The notes under the pieces: model-generated
What the model saw: the letters and a program-made list of their open reading frames with translations, nothing else
Database searches by the model: none
Told to the model about the DNA's origin: nothing
Position numbers and translations under genes: made by a program
In this document: in pieces, positions 26,401 through 36,085 of the stretch
Numbering within the stretch: position 1 is the first letter of the stretch
Layout of the letters: each line of letters opens with the position of its first letter
Assembly (NCBI GenBank): GCA_025450555.1
Contig: JANWHF010000094.1
Span: 1 to 53,240 of the forward strand
Origin: Tepidisphaeraceae bacterium
Lineage (GTDB): Bacteria; Planctomycetota; Phycisphaerae; Tepidisphaerales; Tepidisphaeraceae
Reading direction: 5' to 3'
Length of the DNA stretch: 53,240 bases

Positions 26401-27537
26401 ATGAAGCGAATGCTGAGTCCTTGCGCATCATTTGTATTAGGTTCTTTGATGGCAGCGCTTGCTTTGGGCGCGCCCGCATCTGAATCCAACGGAGAATTAT
26501 TTGAGCCGCCTCCGGTCGGCAACGCAGCATTACAGTATTGGCAGGCCAATCACTTTATTTACCATCTGGATGCTGCGCAGAAGAAACTGATCGGGGATTT
26601 TGACACAGTGCCGCTGGATGGACCGGCTGCCGCGGTTATCGCTAAGCGCGATGATCTTATCCTCCAATACGTGCGCCGTGGCGCGCACGCCAAGTCGTGC
26701 GACTGGGGGATTCCATTGGAACAGGGGCCCAGTGCGCTGCTTCCACAATTGAACTGGCTGCGCGTGCTGTGCGATTTCCAGTTGCTCTGCGCTCGCGGCG
26801 AGCTACGAAATGGAAACGACCGGCTGGCTGTTGAAGACATCTTGTCGGCCATGGCGCTGGCGCGCAACACCGGCGCGGACAACATTGGAGTCGAAATGCG
26901 CGTAGCCGACGCAATGGAAAACAACGCGATACGAATTGCAGCCAGCGGGCTCAATCATCTGAAGCCTGCATCCCTCCAGACTCTCCAGAGCGGGCTCGAT
27001 CGATTGCCGCCCGGCGGCTCAATGCAGCGCGCAATCCGCGTTGAACAGTATCTCGCGCAGCGCTGGACCATTCAGTTTATAAAGAGTTCACCGCCGAATG
27101 CGGATGCAATCACCAAAACAGCCGGCGAAACACAAGAGCAGATCATCGCGAACCTTGAAAAACTTGGTCCGTTTTACAATAAGCTCGAACAGCTCGCGGA
27201 CGCCCCCATTAAAGAATTCGACGCCAGGTTCCCGGCTCTTCTGCAGCAATTCAAATCCAATCCCGCGTCGCGGCTGGCCAGGCTCGAACAATTTTCGCTG
27301 CTTCAGGCAGACCAAGCTGCGACCGATGTGCGGAGGAATTTGCTCCGCGCTGCAATTGAGATCGTTCAGCACGGGCCGGAGTCGGTGAAACAGACGGTTG
27401 ATCCGGGCGGAAATGGTCCGTTCACTTATCGCGCGACGGCGGATGGATTCGAATTGCGCTCAGAGTTGAAAGATGCCAGCGGGACTCTGGTCACATTAAT
27501 CGTTGGCAAAGCGCCAGAGATTCGTCCCATCAAATAA
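26401..27537 (+). CDS. secreted hypothetical protein (helical), co-operonic with ECF sigma/anti-sigma
   Basis: Signal peptide 'MKRMLSPCASFVLGSLMAALALGAPASE'. A GGAG-like SD lies upstream. The sequence looks Leu/Ala/Gln-rich and helical by eye. No family was recognised. Confidence 0.55.
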   Translation: MKRMLSPCASFVLGSLMAALALGAPASESNGELFEPPPVGNAALQYWQANHFIYHLDAAQKKLIGDFDTVPLDGPAAAVIAKRDDLILQYVRRGAHAKSCDWGIPLEQGPSALLPQLNWLRVLCDFQLLCARGELRNGNDRLAVEDILSAMALARNTGADNIGVEMRVADAMENNAIRIAASGLNHLKPASLQTLQSGLDRLPPGGSMQRAIRVEQYLAQRWTIQFIKSSPPNADAITKTAGETQEQIIANLEKLGPFYNKLEQLADAPIKEFDARFPALLQQFKSNPASRLARLEQFSLLQADQAATDVRRNLLRAAIEIVQHGPESVKQTVDPGGNGPFTYRATADGFELRSELKDASGTLVTLIVGKAPEIRPIK

Positions 27538-27564
27538 TTGTTTGAGCTTTCAGCGTCGCCGCCG

Positions 27565-28080
27565 TCAGACCGAAGCCTGTGTTTCCAGCACCCGGGCCGG
27601 GATGCCGACAGCCGTGGCGCCGGGAGGCACGTCATTGAGCACGACGCTCATGGCGCCGATCTTCGCGCCGCGGCCGATCCGGACGCCGCCTAGGATCTGG
27701 GCATAAGCCCCCAGCTCGACGTCGTCTTCCAGCACCGGCACCGGGCCGTCGTCATGGCGATTGCCGATTGTCACGCCCTGGCGGAGCGTGCAGTTACTGC
27801 CGATCCGCACATCGCGATGAATGAAGATATTTCCAAAGTGGTAAATGCGAAGGCCTGGGCCGATCTCGACGCTCTTGGGAATGCTGATACCCGTGAGCGT
27901 TTCGAAAAAGCGAAACGTCAGCCAGTAAAATCGATCGCCGATCCACCGCACCAGGCCGGGCTTCCGTCGATCGTTGCGCCGGCCAAAGCGATAGACGGCA
28001 ATTGCCCAGATCGTCTGTTCCTTGAGGAACGGCCGGCGGGGATATCGCCGCAAGTCAGCTTGCCAATCGGGATCGCGCAT
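27565..28080 (-). CDS. hexapeptide-repeat O-acyltransferase (serine acetyltransferase-like)
   Basis: 'IGSNCTLRQGVTIGN', 'LEDDVELGAYAQILGGVRIGRGAKIGAMSVVLNDVPPGATAVGIPARV'. An N-terminal helical 'AIAVYRFG' segment is present, as in CysE/WcaB-type enzymes. Confidence 0.75.
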   Translation of the reverse strand: MRDPDWQADLRRYPRRPFLKEQTIWAIAVYRFGRRNDRRKPGLVRWIGDRFYWLTFRFFETLTGISIPKSVEIGPGLRIYHFGNIFIHRDVRIGSNCTLRQGVTIGNRHDDGPVPVLEDDVELGAYAQILGGVRIGRGAKIGAMSVVLNDVPPGATAVGIPARVLETQASV

Positions 28081-28089
28081 CGAAACCTG

Positions 28090-29178
28090 CTAGTTTCCGT
28101 GTTGTAGAGCCGAGGTTTGGCCAGCCGTAAGGACGGGGGGAGCGCCAGGCGATTTATACTCGATAGCCCGTGCCAATCGGCCCGCCGCCCGATCGTGGCG
28201 GTATTGCCACTGTCCAACCAGATTCGCCCATTTGCCGATCAGCGTCAGCAAGCCATAAATTATTGCATCCCCAGCGGCTGACGTCCGGTGACGCGCACCC
28301 AAGGTGATGCGGAGACATTGCAGTGGAAACAGAGCCGTAACGACAGCGGCAAGCACAAATCCACCAATCGCCAATTGCGTTCGGCTGACCAACCAAATGC
28401 TTCCCGCAAGGCAAATGACAATCGCAATCGGCAGCCAAAGCGCCCACAACCGAGCGCTTTGGACATGCTTTACAAACAGCCCCTGCTGGCCAAACCGTGC
28501 CGCGACGTCCGCTGCGCCATATCCGCTGCGGACCGTGCGCCGCCACCACTGGCCAAAGTGGAGCATGGCTGAATCGTGCAAGGTCATCTCCGCATCAATA
28601 CGCAGAATCTTCCAGCCCTTCAGACGCAATCGCTGGCACAATTCCGGCTCTTCGCCCGCAACGACTGTCGCATCGAAGCCACCGACTTGCGAAAAGGCGT
28701 CGAGACGCATCATCGCATCCCCGCCGCAACTTCTGACTTCGCCGGCGGGTGCATTCCATTCCAAATCTGCGATGCGATTGTAAATCGATTTTTCTGGAAA
28801 TCGCTCGCGGCGTCGGCCGCAGACGACGGCAACATCCTTTTGCGCATCCAGCACGCCCGCGGCCCGCTCAATCCAGCCGGCCATGAGCTGGCAATCGCCG
28901 TCGAGCATCTGAATGTATCGCACATCGGGAGCGATGGCACACAATCGTTCGAAGCCGGCGTTACGCGCCCGGGCCGCCGAAAACGGCACCGACATATCCA
29001 AGTTCACAACACTCGCGCCCTTTGAACGAGCCAGTTCCGGGCTTCCATCGCTCGATTGCGAATCGACATACACCACCGGCATCCCTTTGCCAACGACCGA
29101 CGCGAGGCATTGCTCGAGGCGTTGCCCCTCGTTGCGGCCAATCGCGATGACGCCGATATGATTCACGTCCACTTCCAA
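28090..29178 (-). CDS. family 2 glycosyltransferase with C-terminal TM segments
   Basis: 'IGVIAIGRNEGQRLEQCL...VVYVDSQSSDGS', 'MLDGDC' (DxD-like). Hydrophobic helices lie in the last about 120 aa. Confidence 0.7.
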   Translation of the reverse strand: MEVDVNHIGVIAIGRNEGQRLEQCLASVVGKGMPVVYVDSQSSDGSPELARSKGASVVNLDMSVPFSAARARNAGFERLCAIAPDVRYIQMLDGDCQLMAGWIERAAGVLDAQKDVAVVCGRRRERFPEKSIYNRIADLEWNAPAGEVRSCGGDAMMRLDAFSQVGGFDATVVAGEEPELCQRLRLKGWKILRIDAEMTLHDSAMLHFGQWWRRTVRSGYGAADVAARFGQQGLFVKHVQSARLWALWLPIAIVICLAGSIWLVSRTQLAIGGFVLAAVVTALFPLQCLRITLGARHRTSAAGDAIIYGLLTLIGKWANLVGQWQYRHDRAAGRLARAIEYKSPGAPPVLTAGQTSALQHGN

Positions 29179-29193
29179 ATTTCCGTCCCAGCT

Positions 29194-29808
29194 TTAACGA
29201 TTCACCGTTGGCTCGAGCATTTTGACGACCTTCGCGGGCGCACCAACCGCCACCGCGCTGGGCGGCACATCCCTCAACACGACGCTGTTCGCGCCAATGA
29301 TCGAATCATGGCCGATCGTAATACACCCCAGGATTACGGCTCCGCAGCCAATATCCACGCGATCCTCGATCGTGGGAAGCTGATGCAGCAGATCGCGCCG
29401 CGCCACGCCGAAAGTCGTGTTCTGGCGGATATGAACATCATCGCCAATCGATTCGGCATTCAGCACCATCCCTCCATGATGCCAGATGCGTACTCGACGA
29501 CCAAGCTTCACCGTGTAAGGTAGCGTGATACCACACGTCCATTGCACCCATTTAAAAAGCCACTGATACACCAGGCTGAACGGCGCACGAATCAGCTTGG
29601 GACGCAGATCCATTCGCCAGTTTCCAAAGCGATGGACCGCCACAGCCCAAAATCCTTGTTCCAGCCAGGCGCTTCCATGTGTACGGAAATCTTCGCGGAG
29701 CAAGGCAAACAGCCCGATGCCCGGCGGATTGATATTCCGCGAGCCGCGCTGCGATGTCGTTTGCGCAGGCGTCGAGAGTTCGAGATTCGTCGCCGAACTG
29801 GAAGTCAT
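29194..29808 (-). CDS. hexapeptide-repeat O-acyltransferase, paralogue of 27565-28080
   Basis: 'AVAVHRFG', 'IGDDVHIRQNTTFG', 'IEDRVDIGCGAVILGCITIGHDSIIGANSVVLRDVPPSAVAVGAPAKV'. A 4-nt overlap with the upstream GT2 stop. Confidence 0.75.
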   Translation of the reverse strand: MTSSSATNLELSTPAQTTSQRGSRNINPPGIGLFALLREDFRTHGSAWLEQGFWAVAVHRFGNWRMDLRPKLIRAPFSLVYQWLFKWVQWTCGITLPYTVKLGRRVRIWHHGGMVLNAESIGDDVHIRQNTTFGVARRDLLHQLPTIEDRVDIGCGAVILGCITIGHDSIIGANSVVLRDVPPSAVAVGAPAKVVKMLEPTVNR

Positions 29809-30767
29809 GGCTGTTTCATCGCGCCTAGTAAATTGTATCGGACGAAATCACGCAGGAAATATTGAGGATCGGCGTCGGGCTTTCGCCATATCAGGCGGCG
29901 GAGCCTATAAATCGCAAATCCGCCGCTCCAGGCGAGGTCCGCCAGGAGCGTGCGCACACGTCCGAGATTCTTGCGGAAATATCGCCGGCGCGATTCAAAC
30001 CAATAAGCTGGTCGGCGTTTTCGCGATTGCTTTACATTGGTTACGCCTGAGCTTTGCCCAACCAGATGGACGACACGCGACTGCGGCACATACCAGCAAT
30101 TCCACCCGGCCCGCCGGGCGCGAAGGCAAAAATCCACTTCTTCGAAATACATGAAATACTTGTCGTCCATTAGCCCGATCGCATCGAATACTTCTTTGCG
30201 AATCATCATACTTGCCCCCGCGACCCAGTCGGTCTGGCAAGCTTCTTGAGGCACCGGCGGCGCGACCACGGAGCGGCTGAGCACGCGAGATAAGAGTCCC
30301 AGCCGAAAACCCGATTCGAGCTCGCTCAGGACTGAGTGGAAACGAAATGCCGACCGTTGGGGCGACCCATCCAGATGTTCAAGCCGACTTCCAGCGATTC
30401 CAACCTCTGGGTGTGCTTCCATGAAGGCCAGCAGCGACGAAATCGCGCGGGGCCGAACGATGGTGTCTGGATTCAGTAATAAGACAAACTGAGGCGGATC
30501 ATTCGACGCGAGAGCCGGTTCAATGGCCTTGTTGTTTCCCCAGGCAAAGCCGCCGTTGGATTTCAGCGGAACCATTTGGGCCCACTCGCTCCAGTGGTTG
30601 TTGACGATCGCCTTGCTGATCACATCAACTGAATCATCCCCGGACGCGTTGTCAGTCACCAATACTTTCGCGTCGGGAATTTCCCGAATAGGCTGATCGA
30701 GCGACCGCAGGCAATCGATCACCAGCGATGCGGTGCGGAAGTTGACTATGACCACCAGCAATCGCAC
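29805..30767 (-). CDS. family 2 glycosyltransferase
   Basis: 'LLVVIVNFRTASLVIDCLRSL...VLVTDNASGDDS', 'LLNPDT', 'FMYFEEVDFCLRARRAGW', as in rhamnosyltransferase-type GT2. GTG start. Confidence 0.8.
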   Translation of the reverse strand: MRLLVVIVNFRTASLVIDCLRSLDQPIREIPDAKVLVTDNASGDDSVDVISKAIVNNHWSEWAQMVPLKSNGGFAWGNNKAIEPALASNDPPQFVLLLNPDTIVRPRAISSLLAFMEAHPEVGIAGSRLEHLDGSPQRSAFRFHSVLSELESGFRLGLLSRVLSRSVVAPPVPQEACQTDWVAGASMMIRKEVFDAIGLMDDKYFMYFEEVDFCLRARRAGWNCWYVPQSRVVHLVGQSSGVTNVKQSRKRRPAYWFESRRRYFRKNLGRVRTLLADLAWSGGFAIYRLRRLIWRKPDADPQYFLRDFVRYNLLGAMKQP

Positions 30768-30774
30768 GTGTGGA

Positions 30775-32115
30775 TCAGCCCTTTCCAGCGACCAGCTTTG
30801 ATGGGCGCGGTGACAATCCTGTTGGCGCAGCCTTTGGAGTGGACATCGTAATTGTTGCTTGGAGTGCAGACTCGAGCCGGTCGATATTTGCTGCCAAGGA
30901 GAATTCTTCTTCTACGCGGTGTCGTCCGTTCAACGCCATTTGCGCGCGGCCCTCGGGCTCTGCAGCCAATTTCGCAAGCGACTCTGCTAATGCTCGAGCA
31001 TCGGTCCCATCAACTAACCGGCCGCTGTGTCGATCCTGGACCAATTCACGAATTGCGGGCAAATCACCGCCGACCACCGCGACGCCGCATGCCATCGCCT
31101 CCATCAGCACGACCGGAATCCCATCGCGATCCCCGGCGGAACTCATTCGGCAGGGCAACACAAATAGATCCGCATCCTTCAACAGCCCCGGCACCCGCTC
31201 GTTGGCAACGGCACCGAGCCAATTGATGGAATCGTCTAAATTCAAGTCTTTTGCCAGGCGATGAAGCACTTCCCGCTGCGGCCCATCACCCGCAACTGTG
31301 AGGCGCCAGTTGATGCCGAACTGGCGCCGCAACTCCGCTAGCGCCTTGAGCAAGGTATCGATGCCCTTTTTTTCCACGAGGCGGCAGACGGTCAAAATGC
31401 GAAGCGGTGGCGTAGACGGTAAGTCACGATTTGGCGTCCACGAATCAACATCCACGCCGCAGCGAATCACTCGATAGACATCATCCGGCCTTGGAAGAAC
31501 CTCGCGATATAAATCGCGATGCCATTGGCTGATGCAGCAGACAAACGCGGCACGCTCGAGTTTCTTCAGTAGTAGCGAGCGTCGCTGAAACAAATCATTT
31601 GCATGGCCAGTGAAGCTGAAGTTTGCCCTAAGCTGGCGGGCGGCATACATACCAACACTCGTTGGCGCATGAGCAAAATGGCAGTGAATATGGCGGACGC
31701 CACGACTGCGCAGCGCTCTACCAAGGGCAAGCCCCGCAATTGCTTGGCCAAGCAATTTGACACGACCAGATGCTTCCATCTTCTCGCCAGGGCAGCACGC
31801 ATCGCTCAAAGCGCAGCAAATGACTCCGGCCGCCCGCATGGGATGGGAAACCAGCTCTTTGAGAACTGCCCACGTCATGCCGGGTCCATAAACGATCCTC
31901 AGATCGGCGACGATATCAGGACATGCCTCACGATCTTCTGTGTTTGGCGCATGGAGGGTTGCCGCGCAAACGTTCCATCCGCGTTGGCGCAGCGCTCGAA
32001 TTTCCCGATAGACGAACGTCTCGCTACGGCAAGGCAAAGTGCTCGCGAGGTAGGCGACGGCGGGTCGCATTGCGCCTTCGCCTGAGGATCGAGATTGGAA
32101 TGCGAAATCGTTCAT
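30775..32115 (-). CDS. family 4 (GT-B) glycosyltransferase
   Basis: 'ETFVYREIRAL', 'ILTVCRLVEKKGID', 'ADLFVLPC...GDRDGIPVVLMEAMACGVAVV' contains the EX7E region. The start is ambiguous (Met at 32115 or 32070); the first 30 track codons are unlikely to be translated. Confidence 0.75.
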   Translation of the reverse strand: MNDFAFQSRSSGEGAMRPAVAYLASTLPCRSETFVYREIRALRQRGWNVCAATLHAPNTEDREACPDIVADLRIVYGPGMTWAVLKELVSHPMRAAGVICCALSDACCPGEKMEASGRVKLLGQAIAGLALGRALRSRGVRHIHCHFAHAPTSVGMYAARQLRANFSFTGHANDLFQRRSLLLKKLERAAFVCCISQWHRDLYREVLPRPDDVYRVIRCGVDVDSWTPNRDLPSTPPLRILTVCRLVEKKGIDTLLKALAELRRQFGINWRLTVAGDGPQREVLHRLAKDLNLDDSINWLGAVANERVPGLLKDADLFVLPCRMSSAGDRDGIPVVLMEAMACGVAVVGGDLPAIRELVQDRHSGRLVDGTDARALAESLAKLAAEPEGRAQMALNGRHRVEEEFSLAANIDRLESALQATITMSTPKAAPTGLSPRPSKLVAGKG

Positions 32116-32125
32116 GCGCGCAGCT

Positions 32126-33484
32126 CTAGCCCAGCGTAGCGCCTTCGGCGGAGCGATGCCCGCGGTGCCTGGATCCCGCGCTGGCGGGCGTGCCACGAAG
32201 CGCATTTGCGATAGATACTAGCACCAATGCTGTCAGGCAGAGCATGACTGGCTCAAATGGAATGGCAAATCGAGCCGCCGTAATTGTCAGCGTGTAGAGC
32301 GCAAGCGTCAAAAGATAAAAGACCGCCGGTATGAGCAACGACCAGCGCGTCTTGATCGCGAGCAACAATCCAACCACAGCGCCGAGCAGAATTGCGGCTC
32401 GTGAAGCGACGTAAACAAACTTGTAGCTTTTGGGATTGTCCCAGTCGACCCACAGCGTTTTAAGAAAACGAATCCAGCAAAGTCGGAAGTATTTTCCCGG
32501 ATTGTTTCGAATCCAGTTGGTCGTAATTTCCTTGAAGACTTTCTCTCGCTCGATCTCGGAATGGCCCATGAGCCGGGCTTTTTGGGCAGGCGTCAATGCC
32601 TTGTAAGCATGAACTCCTTCGAACACGCCTTCGCGCGTCTCCGAGTCATCCGTCGTCATCATTCCCGTTTCCAGCTTATTGCGAAGATTGGCCGACAGTG
32701 GGAGCCGATCGGAGCCCGACGCGAAATCATTATTCGCCTTCCAGGTATTCACCCAGAAGCTGCTCTTGACCGGCACCCATGCTCCATGCACCCGCCGATT
32801 GCGCAGCGTCCATGGACCCAGCACTACGATGGTCACACCAAGTAGAACGGCTGCATTGCGGATGCGAAGACTGCCGGGCATGTCGCGCCACAATAAAACC
32901 AGCAACCCCATGCATGCCATCGGCGGGAGAAAAGCCGGCTCGGTGAGCGCACCAAGTACTCCAATAATAGAAAACGCAATCCACGGCCCCATCCTTCGCG
33001 TCCGAACCGAGTAATAAAACAAGCCCATTGCGCCTGTGACGCAAGTCGCGATCAGCGCAATCGCCTGCGCGGTTGTGCAGGCGTAAATCTGCGTCGGCCA
33101 GATCATCACGAGCAGAGCAGCGACGTAAGCAACCGCTTCGCTTCCGCCCAACATCCGCGCCAGCAACCAAGTCAGCGGAACGACAGCCGCGCCGATCAGG
33201 CAATTCAGAACAAGAATCGCGAAATAAGCTGCCGGCGTTTGAACGCCGAAGATTTCGAACATCCCGGCAAGTAGAAACGGATACGTCGGCGACTGAAAGC
33301 TGCTCGGGCCAAAATAACCGAAGTCATTGAATGCAAAACCACGGCCAGTCACCAGCGAAGTCGCGATCGTCTTATGTTCGATCGCGTCGGGATGCCGCCA
33401 TGCATGCAGGGCAAGGACGGCTCCGAGCCGCAGTAGAAAGGCCAGTACAAACAGAATCAGGAGAATGTTGCGTCTACGGTTCAT
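32126..33484 (-). CDS. GT-C-fold membrane glycosyltransferase (family 39-like)
   Basis: 'RRRNILLILFVLAFLLRL', first loop 'PDAIEHKTIATSLVTGRGFAF...SFQSPTYPFLLAG', at least 10 TM helices. Confidence 0.65.
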   Translation of the reverse strand: MNRRRNILLILFVLAFLLRLGAVLALHAWRHPDAIEHKTIATSLVTGRGFAFNDFGYFGPSSFQSPTYPFLLAGMFEIFGVQTPAAYFAILVLNCLIGAAVVPLTWLLARMLGGSEAVAYVAALLVMIWPTQIYACTTAQAIALIATCVTGAMGLFYYSVRTRRMGPWIAFSIIGVLGALTEPAFLPPMACMGLLVLLWRDMPGSLRIRNAAVLLGVTIVVLGPWTLRNRRVHGAWVPVKSSFWVNTWKANNDFASGSDRLPLSANLRNKLETGMMTTDDSETREGVFEGVHAYKALTPAQKARLMGHSEIEREKVFKEITTNWIRNNPGKYFRLCWIRFLKTLWVDWDNPKSYKFVYVASRAAILLGAVVGLLLAIKTRWSLLIPAVFYLLTLALYTLTITAARFAIPFEPVMLCLTALVLVSIANALRGTPASAGSRHRGHRSAEGATLG

Positions 33485-33515
33485 GGGCCCAGGCAGTTAG
33501 CGTGATTTGATGGGA

Positions 33516-34922
33516 TCATGCGTGGACAAGAGCGGTATGGCCTGCCATACGCATCTGCGGAACGCGAGGCACTTCAATCGCCGACTTTCCTGCCTCGATG
33601 CACATGTCGGATAAGCTCATCGTAAAGCCGATGGTAATCAACCAAAGCATCGTATACGGCTCACCCGCCCAGCCGGCCCATACACCATAGAATGCGGCCG
33701 CTACGCCCATCACGCCCGCCGTCCCCACCGCAAGCGGAAAGACATGCGCGTTGGATGATTTGTAGGCGCGAATGCCATTGACGGCCCGCCAGCCCACCAG
33801 CAGGGGCAGCAGCACCCACAGCCCCGCATAGAGCCAGCCTCGGCACATTGCAAAAAGAATGTACGCGTTATCGACGCTCTCCAGCTTCAGTTCCTTCAGG
33901 TCATCCGGGCTCATCACGCGACCGTGACCAAACCAGCCTGCATTCATGATCAGCGGCCAGGAGTGTTGAATGATCATTCGGCGAATATAAAAGCTGTCAT
34001 CGATCGAATGATCGCGCGGCCTGTCCGGCAGGGGGGTGATCGCCAGTTGATAGGTGATGGCCACGACAACTCCGATGACGACCAATGACAGCGGCACCAG
34101 CATCACGCGAGCGGTCGTCGTGTAGTACAGCAGCAGGAACACCAGAATTCCCGCGATAAACCCGAAAAACGGGCCAAAGCTCAGCGAACAGACGATCTCA
34201 AATGCAACGCATGCCGCGGCAACGCGCACCAACCAGTTTCGCGTGCCAACCGATGTGGTATGGGCCAGAACCAGCACCAGCACTAGCATCGACAGACAGG
34301 CATCACCGAAGAAAATTGGATGCGTGAACGAAACCTGGGCGCGGAAATAGCCCAATCGCGACATCACCAGCGGATCGTTCATCAACTGCAATCCCGTGCG
34401 CGACATGACCTGGTAATAAAATTGCGGCCAGAGGCGCATCTCAATTAGAGCAAAGGGCGTGAGCACGAAGATCGACGCGATCAGGCCCCACAGGCATTGC
34501 AGCCGCGTGCGCTCCGACTTGAAGGACCCGCGCGCTGCGAAATACGGGACGATCCAGCCGAAAATCTGCTTCATGGCCTCGTTGTAGCCAGTGTGCAGAT
34601 TTTCGTAGGTGGTTCCGACATTTTCGGTGCTCATGGCGCTGATAATCGTCAGCATCGGCGCAATCAGCACGATGGTATCCACCAGTCGCCAGCGAAAGGT
34701 GAACTTCTTGTTCACGCGCAGCAGCATGCCCAGAAGCATCGCCATCGAGGCGACGTTGATCGCCGACAGCTCTGGGATACCGGCCTTGATTTCGTAGCCA
34801 TTGACTGCGCGAAACAGCAGCAGGGCGGGGATGTAGCAGAAGGCCAGGCATGCCCCGACGCCCTCGAACAGGGCAAAATAAAGCGAGACCGCGAAATACA
34901 GGCACCCAAACAGCAGGTTCAT
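33516..34922 (-). CDS. O-antigen ligase/polymerase (Wzy)-like membrane protein
   Basis: About 12 TM helices. A large late loop is followed by 'FGHGR...ESVDNAYILFAMCRGWLYAGLWVLL', resembling the Wzy_C 'G.G...HN.YL..l.e.G' block. ATGA overlap with the upstream GT2. Confidence 0.6.
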   Translation of the reverse strand: MNLLFGCLYFAVSLYFALFEGVGACLAFCYIPALLLFRAVNGYEIKAGIPELSAINVASMAMLLGMLLRVNKKFTFRWRLVDTIVLIAPMLTIISAMSTENVGTTYENLHTGYNEAMKQIFGWIVPYFAARGSFKSERTRLQCLWGLIASIFVLTPFALIEMRLWPQFYYQVMSRTGLQLMNDPLVMSRLGYFRAQVSFTHPIFFGDACLSMLVLVLVLAHTTSVGTRNWLVRVAAACVAFEIVCSLSFGPFFGFIAGILVFLLLYYTTTARVMLVPLSLVVIGVVVAITYQLAITPLPDRPRDHSIDDSFYIRRMIIQHSWPLIMNAGWFGHGRVMSPDDLKELKLESVDNAYILFAMCRGWLYAGLWVLLPLLVGWRAVNGIRAYKSSNAHVFPLAVGTAGVMGVAAAFYGVWAGWAGEPYTMLWLITIGFTMSLSDMCIEAGKSAIEVPRVPQMRMAGHTALVHA

Positions 34923-36085
34923 TCAGTTGACTCCGCGGACTGGACCAGCTTCGCTTCACCGGGGGGCCGAAGTCCTGACGAGATTGGGTTTTCCCACAAC
35001 AGTTGCTCGGCAACAACTTTTGGATCCGTAGCGGCGCGCCCGCGCGCCTTTGACGAATTCACGTCGATGATGTTGGCAATCAAAAAGGTCGGCCGGCCTT
35101 TTACTTCAAGGAAGATGCGGGACAGATATTCGCCAATGATCCCCAGCGAAATCATCTGAACCGCCGACATGAGCAGTACGAGACAGGCCAAGCTCGCCCA
35201 GCCGCGCGCCGGACGGGCGTGAGCTGGATGAATCCAGTCATAGACAGATACGCCCAACACCCACAGGCCAATTAGAATTGCCGCGACAACCGTCAGCACG
35301 CCCAGGCGCGTCACGAGTCGAAGCGGAACGCCGCTGAAGCTGACCAGCCCATCCATCGCCAGCTTCACCAGCGCCTTAAACGTGTAAGCCGGCTGACCCG
35401 CCTGACGGGCGTCTCGCTCGTAGGCAATTCCGGTCTGGCGCAACCCGATCCAGGTGCGCAGGCCGCGGACGAATCGCTGCCGCTCCGGCAGGCTGTTGAG
35501 CAGATCGAGAGCATGGCGATCCATTACACAGAAGTCGCCGCTGTCAAGCGGGATTTCAAGATCGCTGATGATCGCCAGCAGCCGATAAAAGGCCCAGTAA
35601 GCAATGCGTTTCCCGATCCATTCTTTGCGCTTCTCACGGATCGCGTAGACGACCTGATATCCCTCGCGCCATCTGGCCAGAAATCTAGGCAGCGTTTCGG
35701 GTGGATCCTGCAGATCGCAATCCATGACGGCAATCACATCGCCGCGCGCGACGCTCAGACCAGCGGTCACCGCCGCCTGGTGGCCAAAGTTGCGTGTGAG
35801 GTGAACCGCGCGAACGTGAGGATCTTCGCTCGCGCAGCGGTCGAGGATTTCAGCAGTCTCGTCGCGACTTCCGTCGTTGACGAAGATCAACTCATAATCC
35901 AGTCCATCGGCGGCAAATCGGTCACCCATGGCAGTGAAGCGCGCATAGGTTTTCGGCAGCACTTCCTGCTCGTTGTAGGCGGGCAGCACGATGCTTAACA
36001 ACTGCCAGCCGTTTGAGGAGGCAGAAGAGGAACCGGGAACGTCATTAAAGACCATGTCCATAATAAATGTACTTGCGGATATCAT
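34919..36085 (-). CDS. polyprenyl-phosphate glycosyltransferase (GtrB/ArnC/DPM1-like GT2)
   Basis: 'LSIVLPAYNEQEVL', 'YELIFVNDGSRDET', 'LTRNFGHQAAVTAGL', 'VMDCDLQDPPE', and two C-terminal TM helices. The start is uncertain (Met at 36085, 36061 or 36055). Confidence 0.8.
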   Translation of the reverse strand: MISASTFIMDMVFNDVPGSSSASSNGWQLLSIVLPAYNEQEVLPKTYARFTAMGDRFAADGLDYELIFVNDGSRDETAEILDRCASEDPHVRAVHLTRNFGHQAAVTAGLSVARGDVIAVMDCDLQDPPETLPRFLARWREGYQVVYAIREKRKEWIGKRIAYWAFYRLLAIISDLEIPLDSGDFCVMDRHALDLLNSLPERQRFVRGLRTWIGLRQTGIAYERDARQAGQPAYTFKALVKLAMDGLVSFSGVPLRLVTRLGVLTVVAAILIGLWVLGVSVYDWIHPAHARPARGWASLACLVLLMSAVQMISLGIIGEYLSRIFLEVKGRPTFLIANIIDVNSSKARGRAATDPKVVAEQLLWENPISSGLRPPGEAKLVQSAESTE

